Shown one piece after another: positions 40,062 to 50,794 of a stretch of DNA of 64,000 nt (positions within the stretch are counted from its first letter, which is position 1; every line of letters begins with the position of its first letter). The notes under the pieces are model-generated. The model made no database searches. It was not told the DNA's origin and saw nothing but the letters and a program-made list of their open reading frames with translations. The DNA comes from Lingula anatina (taxonomy: Eukaryota > Animalia > Brachiopoda): the NCBI GenBank assembly GCA_051362555.1, contig CM120644.1, positions 7,014,954-7,078,953 of the forward strand, in the 5' to 3' direction. Position numbers and translations under genes: made by a program.

Positions 40062-42231
40062 TCGTTCTGTAAACAGCAAGGTGTCCTTCTACCTGAGGTG
40101 ACATTTTTGTACTGAAATATGAGATTTTTTTGTGATTGATCAATGACCGAGTTTACTTGATACAAAATGAAGCGAACTAACGCGAAACGAATACCTTAAT
40201 TTTCCTCATTGTGACACCCACAGAAGGATTTTTACCCAAACTCCCTTCTTTTCTTTTCATAAAGCAGCACCGTTTATCCAAAGAGAGTCCGCCTTTCTTA
40301 AGTGTTCTTAAAGACTCACAATGGGGTCCATAGAACTATGAGCTTCAATTTACAGCGAATTTAGAAAAGGGTTGTAAAAAATAGTGGATAGACCTCTCCC
40401 CTGGAGTAATAATCAAAAAGGTACACGCCCAAGATAATTGTCTTTGCACTAACTATAGGTGGTTAGTTATTTCGTAATTTTCATTTTACAACCCGTTGAA
40501 TTGGCATTGCCGCTCAGCAAAAAGGAAATTTCAGAGGCCAAAATCAATACTGTAAAATCATGGCTCGGTGTCTATGACTATATATAGATGACAACAGTAT
40601 GACGTTAACTCAGTGCAAAAGTGAGACTTCATCCGGGAAGGTATGGAATCATGATATCCAATGACCATCACTTTGGCTTAGAGGCAATCTACTATTTTTT
40701 ATTCATAACAATTTTTTCATTCTATTCTATTCTATTTTATTTCCATCCCATTCTTCCATTTTATTCCATTCTATTTAATCTCATATTTTCTACCAACCGC
40801 TATAAAAGAGAAACCAAGCAAGAGACTGACCATCAGGAAAATTAAAAAATTTGGTCAAAATTATGATGGCATTTACGCGGGGAGCGCCTACTTTAGGGAC
40901 TGAGTATGCACAGTTTTAGTGATTATTAGGAGTATATCCGGTGTAAGTGTTACATTGTGTTAGTTGTGCTAGTAAATTAAATGCGACAGGAAGTAGCAGC
41001 TGCTTATGATAGAAAATATAATGTACGTGTTTCACGGATTGAGAATTTAGTGGGAAATGTTGAAGAAATGAGACTGTGTAAAAGTGTCAAAATAAGGATT
41101 TCTTTTCTTTCATAAAACTTCTGCATTGTTGTTGTTAAAATGTTAAACTCCTGATTTACATCCATTTTAAAGAATGATAAAAGGTTGAATTTTTTAATAT
41201 AATGAATTAAATTTAAGCATTTTGTTACCATATGAGTAGTGAAGCAAAACTTTACCAAATGAAAAAATCAATAATTGCTCATGCTCAGATTAACGCATCA
41301 TGTACGTGTGCAGAGGTACTTGTACATGCATGTCACTTTTAATGGTGTTTGAAGATGATGAATTTGTCACCATCAAGCATATTCGAGTCTTGCAGTAGTT
41401 TTGCACTTTAAAGTAATTAAAACTTATCAATCACAATTTCATTCTTTCCATCCAGAGACTGGAGTGTTAAGCCATAAATCCAGACAGTTTTGCTAGTTTT
41501 TATTGTAATTTAACACAATATAAAAATGGACAAATGCACAGGTACACGTAAACCTAATGGAATGTACTTGCGAGAGAAAATTATACAAATACATTAAACG
41601 ATTTAAAATGTGATGATATTACTGTAAAAAATAAACTGTGTTCTCACTTCCCATTTTGAACACGTCAGGTTATTCCTTGCCTAAAATAAGGGGAATAAGG
41701 AATTAACCGAGGATGACCAAATGTCATCAGTTGCCTACGCTTTTTCAGAGACTCGCTTTGAATCCGAGCCTCGTCATCAACACGCGGCTGATTGGCGAAA
41801 GTAATTTGGTTTGAGCCAATGATATATGATTTCAGAGACGATGTCACTCGCAATATCTTCATTTGTCGTAAAGATAACAACTTGTGCTTTTAAAGCGGAT
41901 TAATTTCTGGCGCGATTTATGACATTTGTGCGCATATGGAGATCTAAGCAAAACTTGTAAAATTAGAAGTTAATATGAGATTTTACAATATGATTTTGTT
42001 CGTCATTTCGACTACAAAAACGGAGAAAAGCAATTACCCAGAATAATATTCCGTTTAGATTTAAAATAAATATTTTTCTCATATCCATTGGTCCTAATAT
42101 TTCCCTGTCAAAATTATTGTTCCTGCTTGGTTCTTGTTAGAGAAATCACAATAAAAGCTGTCTCCAGGAAGGTAACTCTGCTACGAGTCGTGCTATTGAT
42201 CTAAAAATACTTTCCCCCGAAATTTCGTTGT

Positions 42232-43875
42232 CTATAAAATTTTAGCCAGCAAAACGGTTCCAATTACAGATGAAATATGGACAAGCAGTGAGGAGGCCCC
42301 GTTGGAATCGCCGCCTTCTCCCGATATGACACTGCTTGTGAGCTTCACCCAGTAGGTTGGTTTTTCTTTAAGAACGGTGCCACTAGAATTAAAAAAAAAA
42401 AGATTTGAGGATATATATTGTTGAAAACAGGTTCAGCACGGAGGATCCGGAATTATTGCTGAAGAAGAGCGGGCAATACAGTGCCACCCTTGAAACCTTG
42501 CGCACCATATATATATATATATTTTTTTTTGGGGGGGGGGGGGGGGATCGTGCACAGGCCTTTGCTGCCAAGATGAGTCGGTGTCGTATCCACCAGTGCG
42601 GCACAGGAAAAGTTAAAAGCACTTGGTAACTTTCTTAAGAATTAGTTGAGGGTTAATTATTTTGAAATGAACTTCTTGTTGTACAAGTTTAAATTTAAGC
42701 CTAGGTTTTACTAGTACTTACACATAGGTCTTCGGCAGAGACCACGATTTTAACTCAGTGTAGGCCTACTTACTAGTGTGTAGACAATGACTTGTCGCTA
42801 AGAATAACTATTTAATCAATTTTGCTTTAGTTTTATAAGTGGATGACAACTGCTTAAATGTGCTAATCAGTCTAAGTCAAAAGAAGCGAAAAGTTAAACA
42901 GAAATAATGTGCCTAAATTGCCACACAATGAAACTAGTTATATCGAGCACAAGTGTCTCTTGTCTAACGCAATTAGAACATCCTGACAATTTTTCTGATC
43001 ACAACTAACGCAATGCACCCGCCACACCTACATGAGACATACTCCAAATACTCACTAAAACTGTACATTTCCAACTCCTGTGGAAGGTGCTGTCCACACA
43101 AATGTCCTGTTGTTTTTGGTTGTCGTGTCAGTGTGAGTTATTCCGTTTTTGGCTCCCCCGTCAGGACAGGGACGGAATTGGAATTTGGCTGGAGGGTCCC
43201 GAAAGGTTCCTACCACTTCGTCGGTGCCTGCCTTACGTGCTTGAAGGAGAAGACCCCGGAAATCCTCTGTGCCACTGACGGTCACTGAAATTGTAAAAAT
43301 AATGAATAAATAGATTAATTAAGACATATTGATTGGTTGTATATATCGATTGATGTGGATTTATATCAGACCAATAATTAGATAACCACAAAATCTTAAC
43401 TTCTTTATCTGTCGCATATAATTTATCGCATATGTGAAATCAATGCAAGTCCCACTTGAAGACTTCCATCAAGTAAAGACCATAATGATCAGTAGAAATC
43501 TATTGGGTTAACGCCGTAAAGAGTCGGACAAAAAACAGTTTGGGTCAAGATTACCCATCGCTGTTAAAAAACGTAAAAATGAAACTTGCTCGCTTTCCCG
43601 ATTTAAATATCAGACGGCAACGTTAATGAGACACTGCCTGGACATGGCAGCAAAAACATCAATGATTAAAGTATTTCGTATCGGTTGAAGTTATTAAGTT
43701 TTTACTTAAAAGGCATATAATGTCCACTCAGTTCAAGCAAGAAGCCAACGTTATATTGTTTCTTTGAATGTGTTTACATTTGAAATGTTTATTGGAAAAT
43801 CTTTAAAATAAAAAAAAAAACATTGGATTTGCGTATATATATACATATACCTGAAAAAAAAGCAATAAACACACG

Positions 43876-43959
<84 letters not shown>

Positions 43960-44468
43960 TTTATATCCTTTTTTCAGGTTAATCTTAAACCCTTTTCAAC
44001 GTGTGGCATAGCAACAGAGGCCTTCGGACTAAACTTAGAAAATTAATTTTTATAGATACGGGCTCATTAGGTCCCCGATGTTAGTGTCACTCGGCCAAGT
44101 CATATTCCTTTAGACCATTAAACACTCCACTGACACGCTGAAATATTGCACAATACTATTGACATTATGTCCACAGCAGTAACACTGATAAGGGTTTGAC
44201 CATGGAAGTATATTGATACTTTGACTGACCCGATTAATTATAAACAATGGACATCTAACAAGTAAGAATAGTGTACAAGGTATATAGGTTATCTCCAGCT
44301 TGTTGATAAATTATGCTGATGCATTATAGCCACTCAAGGCGACAGATCACATGCTTTGATTGTAATCCTCTCTGGGCTGTATCCTCCCCAGGGAGGTGAG
44401 AGCGACTATAGAGTGCAACAGGGCCAAAAATGACCAGGCTTTTCAGATTTAAATAAATTTCACTTAAA

Positions 44469-44552
<84 letters not shown>

Positions 44553-44578
44553 CATTCGGGTTGCAATATATCAATAAA

Positions 44579-44609
<31 letters not shown>

Positions 44610-46591
44610 ATATATCTGCATAAAATACTTGTGTAAACCTATTTTTAGTTCTGTCGTAGTTTAAGGGCCATATTTATAAAGTAAGGTCAGAGGCATTAGA
44701 CAATGTAGGCCTATTTAGTCATTTTACTGACATTTATAATGATAATAATGACAAGGCGATGATTATGTGCCAGAACTTTTTCTCATCAGAAATACAAAAT
44801 ACTGTAATATATATATAAGTATCACCTGAAAGGAAGGTTTTATATTATATTAAGTATAAAGTAGCACTCCCCCCCCCCCCCCATCCATGGTTACTATGAA
44901 ATGACCCCCCTCTGCTAGTAGCATGTGCTGCACTGACTTAGCAACGTAAACACCTGCAACCTGCATTCGTTTACAAAGCAACTGTAGCACAAATCCATGG
45001 GATTATTCACAAATAATGCGCTCAATATTCGTTGTCATAAAGGGTGTAATACGACAGAAAGTTAAACCAAACAGAAGAAGCCAGTCCCATCGCTACAAGA
45101 ACCAGGCACAGGCTGGTACATGTACTTGTGGAGCTATCGGGCGACTTGGTTCACATAAATTATTAATTGGAGCGACCGTCCTTATCAGTGGTGCGATCCT
45201 TAGTAACAACCGTGAATAGATTATCAGGGTAGGTCAAGGGGCGGGGGCCATGTTGTTAAGTGACGCTAATAGAGTCCTCTCAAACGCCTCGCTATTCCTC
45301 AGGGACAACTGCACTTAAATACAAAACCCTATTTTTGTTGTTGTGGGCGTGTTTCAAACTACAAGGTTTGCGTGATCGCTGAATTTGTACCTGGCAAACT
45401 CGTGACCGACTGTAGTTGTTAGTAATTTCACCTTTCCCTCATACCCCCTCATCAGGGAAAGCATCACACCCATCCTCCCGGACCTAAGATCTCTATTCGT
45501 GGTACGGAAGTGATGCAAATCAGTGGTTTGAATCGGAATCAAGACGTCATCGACATACGGTTTAGCAACGGATAGTTGAACAGTGACAATGACGGCATAC
45601 TTGATCCCTGTTCCTAATATTAGACACGGAACTAAAGACGAAAAGCTGGTTAACTCGAGGGGGTTTTGGGGATGCTCTCTCAAGGCTGATTCATAGGTGT
45701 AAAACGTTGAAAATATTGCTGTTAATATCCTGCTATGGTTATCATGTTTCATGTCACCGAGATACGTCGTCATTTTCCATCAATAAGCTATACCTGTTCC
45801 ACCGGCATGACATAATAAATAAATCCTGTTTTAAATACTGGACACGGAACTAATGTCGACAAACCGGTGACTGGTCAGGGGCGGATCCAGAATTATTTGA
45901 AGTGTGTGTGTGTGTGTGTGTGTGTGGGGGGGGGGGGGGGGATCCGCAGATGCAAAGCCAACCCTTTCCCCCTCCCCTTGGCCTGGGGTTCGGGGTTCGG
46001 GGCCCGGCGAAGGACCCCCCCCCCCCCCGACCTCACTGAATCCTCTTTCTCACTCTCTCTCTCTCTCTCTCTCTCAAGAATCCGTGTAGAGAGTTTAAGG
46101 GTGATCCACGCTGCTATTACTGAGTGCTATAGGTTATATGTCAAGAGACGTCGTCATATTCAAACTACCAGTAGACCTACATATGTCTCGGTGATGTACA
46201 ATAACTGCCGCACCGGCATGGCTCGACTAACATATCATACGCTGTAACAAAACGCGTTAACAGCTGGTACTACTAGAAATAATCGATAAAAACAAAAGTG
46301 GCCATTCAAAAATTTTGTATGAATACCAGTGTGTACTAGCAGCGTGAGACAAAAACAAATGCGTGCCCTTTGGTAATGAGGCTTGCTGAGCTTGAGTTTT
46401 ATATGGAAATCGTATACTTAATTTGTTGAATTCATTGCGTTCAGCTTGAAAATACCACGTACGTACATGTAGATCAATAAATCGCGTAAAGCTAAACATT
46501 TTCCTTCAAATCAATTTAATAATATCAAATACTAGTGCAGTTGGGGTAGAACCGCTATCTTAGACATCGTATTAAATATACACATTAGATC

Positions 46592-46652
<61 letters not shown>

Positions 46653-47077
46653 GTTACACAGGGCGTTTATAGCTATAGCTGAAAGCCATAAATGTCTGCC
46701 TCCCGCTGTTTTATCTACATCTGTCAACATCACAATAATATAGAATTCCATATGACTTCACCAAATCACCAAAACTGAATTTTGAACCTTAAAACACTAG
46801 CTAGCTACACCATTATTTTATTTCAAAACAATTATGAACCTGAATACACAAATAGATCCGTAGTGTATCACTTACCGTTCACTGTTTGTCCAGGGGTGTA
46901 GCTGGACACCTGGACGCCTATGGTGTATGGGCTGGGTCCAGTCTGGGGCTGTGACCCCTGGTGCCCGGGGACCATAGAATCGCAGGCGCCGGGAGGAGCC
47001 CCGCTTCCGTACCCCTGCACCCTAACCAGGTCACAGCCGAGGAAGACCACGGCAAGGATCCATGTGTAGCTGTTCAT
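42232..47077 (-). CDS. Reeler-domain protein B, signal peptide + predicted GPI anchor, 193 aa
   Basis: Exons 47077-46876, 43284-43056, 42382-42232 (582 nt, in frame). GAPPGACDSMVPGH, FRGLLLQAR, GITHT, WTAP; C-terminus DSNGASSLLVHISSVIGTVLLAKIL*. Confidence 0.9.
43878..43956. repeat. (AT)n microsatellite
   Basis: Visible; similar tracts at 44477-44550 and 46593-46650, and (GAT)n at 44578-44607. Confidence 0.95.
44358..44440 (+). mobile_element. Probable SINE 3'-body fragment
   Basis: CTGGGCTGTATCCTCCCCAGGGAGGTGAGA...CAGGGCC...ATGACCAGG resembles, from recall, the 3' part of widespread marine-invertebrate tRNA-SINEs; it starts where homology with paralogous intron A (~36860) breaks off. Confidence 0.4.
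45877..46038. mobile_element. Short CAG...CTG-ended MITE family copy
   Basis: CAGGGGCGGATCCAGAATTATTTGAAG...GATGCAAAGCCAACCC...TGGGGTTCGGGG...CCTCACTG. Confidence 0.55.
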
Positions 47078-47259
47078 GTTGTTATTTTGTCTATAATTCA
47101 AGCCGCTGAGTAACAAGCAGTGTTAAATATGTCCTATTGACGGAAAACTGATAACCTTATAGCCGTTGGTGTCACTCGCTGTGCCGGAATGCAGGTGACT
47201 GTTGTTGACCAAATAATGAAGATAACGAAGTTTGAGCAGACGTTTAAGTAGACCGGCGG

Positions 47260-47328
47260 TGAGTCAGTGACGTCACTCAATCTGATTTGCTGGACCGTAA
47301 TGACCCGCACGGTCACGTGCACGTCACG
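47260..47328 (-). promoter_or_regulatory. Putative reeler B promoter module (perfect AP-1 + CRE + E-box)
   Basis: TGAGTCA (47260-47266) next to TGACGTCA (47268-47275), then GTCACGTGCACGTCAC; positionally conserved with copy A. Confidence 0.5.
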
Positions 47329-49021
47329 ATTTGTAAACAGTAAGATGTCCCGCTACCTGAGGTGACATATTTGTATTGAAAATTAGATCCTATTGTGACA
47401 CCCACAGAAGGAATTTTTTATTCACATCCCCCTCATTGTTTTCGTAAAGCACCACCGTTTATCCAAAGCAAGCCCGCCTTCTTTTAATATTGCATAGAAA
47501 CACAATGGGGTCCACAAAACTATGAGTTTCAATTTACAGCAAATTAAGAAAAGGGGTGAAAAATAGTGGATTTATCTCAGAGGCCCACGAATCTCCGCTG
47601 GGGTGAGAATAAAAAAAGTACCCGCCCTTCATAATTGTAAATGCCCTGACTAATGGACAAAAGTGGTTGTTATTTCGTAATTGTCATTATACATCCTGTT
47701 GAATTGTCATTGCCGCTCAGCAAAAAAGGGCACTTCAGAGGCCAAAATCAATACTGTTTAATCATAGTTACGTGTCTATTAGATTTGAGTGTTATTACAA
47801 AACATCCAGATTACGACAGAATGAAAATATGATTTCATGTATATTAATCTTACAAAGGACCACTGGTCCGAAATGAAAGCGGGTGCTTGATTTAATTCAG
47901 CTGTTTGGTGTCACATTAGCATTTTTATTCTTCTTCAAATTTCAACGTGAGAGAAAAAAATATGCCTTGTAAAAATGAAAATAATACGATCTTGAGACTT
48001 GGATCGAAAGGGCAAACTACCAGTACCAGGGCCAGAGAGTGAATTCATTTTACTAGGGATACACAGAAGATTTATCTCACTGTTCACCGAGTAAATTTTT
48101 AATCTGTTTTTCTGGCAATAATTGTTGCACAATAACTTCGCCGTCACCCAGTCGGCTTGTGGTAGGATATAGAGTAAAGAAGAGCACAGGGTAGCTTCCA
48201 TTATGTTATCCAAACAATTTTCGAGCAAGATCGACATTTGAGGCAAAATATCGGCTCTGATGCTGCGCTAGAATCCACTCCTCTTTTAAGATTTAAAAAT
48301 ATTTTAAATGATTTAAAAACTACCACAGTCGGCTTATTAGTCTTGTGTCTCTGATCATGATCCTGAGGTCTTCGTCTGAAATCAGTGGCGTATGTATGTC
48401 TTGCGTGTGGTGGGTGGGGCACCGTGTCCTGGGCGCCAGTCAAAGGGGGCGCCACCTTAATGGGGGGCCACTAAGAGGCTTTTTTTCCCTGTGAAACCAA
48501 GGCAGGTGCACTTGTACTTTTCGCGTATCTTCAGCACAGTGTTCGCAAGCTCATTTTTATTGAGTGCTTCCGTTAATGATGAATCAACAAGGCATTAGTA
48601 ATGAGTCGTTCAAAGGAAAACAAATGGGTAGGGTACCGGTAGACCGACCGCAGACTATATATATATAGATGACAATAGAATGACGTTAGTCAGTGCAACA
48701 CTGACTCTTCATCCGGGATGATAGGGATCAGGATATTCAGAGTCTATATCACTTTGGCTTAGAGACAATGTACTATTTTTCATTCACAGCAACTTCATTT
48801 CAGCTGTTCATTCTATTCTATTCTATTCTATTCTATTCCATCCCATTCTTCCATTTTATTCCATTCTATTTTATTTCATATTTTCTACCATCTGCCATAG
48901 ATGGTAGAAAATAGAAGAGAGAGACCTAGTAATAGACTGACCAACAGAAAAACGTTGGTCAAAATTATAATGACATTTACGCAGCTGCACCCACTGCAGA
49001 GACTGAGTATGTACAGTTATA

Positions 49022-49236
49022 CACCCCATTCTCATAGATTAGATCGACCTACATTGGATCGACCTAACTCCCTGGGGGTTCACGCTAAATAGCTGTCAGC
49101 CGGGCGGACACGAAAGTTAATTACCCCTTATAGCTTGTAGTAGGCGGGGACGGACACTTAAGGCGGATTATCTGACAGTAATCTAGTGAGACTCCCCGCG
49201 GTGATAGATCGATCTAAAAGTTGTGAGAACAGAGCC
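49022..49236. mobile_element. 'GATCGATC'-family MITE inserted in duplicate B only
   Basis: CACCCCATTCTCATAGATTAGATCGA...TCGATCTAAAAGTTGTGAGAACAGAGCC|TTA; empty paralogous site GCACAGTTTTAGTG at ~40908-40921. Confidence 0.75.
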
Positions 49237-50491
49237 TTAGTGCGTATACCGAATACATCGGGTGTATATTTAAACTGGGTTGCAGTGTGTTAGTTGTGAT
49301 AATAAATGCGCCAGGACATCGTCAGTGCCAGAGGCGAGGCACATAGCAGCTGCTTGTGCTGGTTTCTCTTTTTGTGGGAGATTTTGCCACCGTAGGTTAA
49401 GATACATATTGAACTAGCAGTAGGTTATTACTATTGTACAGACTTTTTTGCAAGAGGCATGGCCAATGCATGGTCGTAGAAGAAATGTGTTTTTATACGA
49501 CCTTGAGCTAATATGGAACAGCTTGGTTAGCAGATGTTACTTTTTGCAACTGGATGACAATTCAAGGTTATTTAACTGTTACTCTCATTTCAAAAGTGTC
49601 CTTACAAGTCTTTACAAGTATAAACGTTATGTCAGCGATCTCCATGGAGTTATCTCCAAACGCCACCAGAGCGTTTCTTAAAAAAAAAAAAAAACATACC
49701 AAGAAGCACCCGTGTAGGATAACACGTCTTTCTCTACATTGTATATTTATAGACAAACTAATAGGGGGCCTATCTGTCGATTTACAGCACGAAAAGCAGC
49801 ATTACGTTGTTCATTTTTAATCCACTCGATGATAAAGTGAAGAGCATTTATCTAGTTTGAGTCTAGTATTGTACCAAAGTTCTTACATGTACATATACTA
49901 TCCCAATTTCCCGATTTGGGGCATCGTGTCACTCTGATACAGATATAATATCTGGAACTTTATATATTCTATTTGAACACAAATTTCAGGGGCAGCTAAT
50001 TGATACAGAAGTGACCAGTATTTAAACATTGATATGAACATGGAAAACTTTTGATAAAATGTTAGATACACGGGGTTAGATAGACGTTGAACCTAGTACA
50101 TGAAGTATATGGTTGGTAAAATCCTCGGTTATAATCTCACGTTCTGTTTATATTTTGAAATTAATATTTCAAAATGAAGATGTGAAAAGGCTATTTTCAA
50201 CGAATGAATACATTAAACGAAACCACATGGCCCTGGTTCAATATATTTATTTAAAAGCTTGATATACTTGCATGTCTTGCTTTCCTTTATTTATTGATAC
50301 TAAACGAAAAAACCATTTTCAACTTGCTAGATGGTATGTTTTTCTTATGAAAGATAATGTAAACTTAATTGGGTATTCCTTATTACCGCATGACCAATGA
50401 CCGATTTTTTCCGTATTACTAATTATAAATTTTGAAATTTTGATAAAAGATGCAAGGAATTGCCTCTTAACCCATATCGCCACTACAAAGA

Positions 50492-50542
<51 letters not shown>

Positions 50543-50543
50543 A
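50492..50543. repeat. (TAAA)n microsatellite
   Basis: Visible; (TTTA)n also at ~54553-54600. Confidence 0.9.
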
Positions 50544-50794
50544 TGCATATTAACGACAGCGGTTCAGTTTTCCAGTAACAGTTTAAAATAAACCCGTGAC
50601 ACATTCAATTATTTCGCTTGGCCTTGGGATAATTTCTAATAAACAGATAGGCCCGTCTCAAGTGAGTGAGCATACATTTTTAATAACCTAGCTTAATCCA
50701 GCCCTTGAAAGATTAACAAGACTGAACCCACTGTCACCTACGGAAGTAAACTTTGGAGCTAGCTAAGTTAACGAACAGTAAAAATGCTACACAA

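Larger units (their letters stand above)
33640..49360. repeat. Tandem segmental duplication: copy A ~33640-41010, copy B ~41095-49360, one reeler gene each
   Basis: Collinear similarity across 3' flank (34440-35340 vs 41430-42230), exons, introns (35590-36860 vs 42645-44350) and promoter (39840-41005 vs 47100-49355). Confidence 0.9.

Noticed and set aside
45354-45773. 139-aa minus-strand ORF containing YVDD (RT-like)
   Set aside because: No other RT motifs; it overlaps degenerate non-coding repeats.
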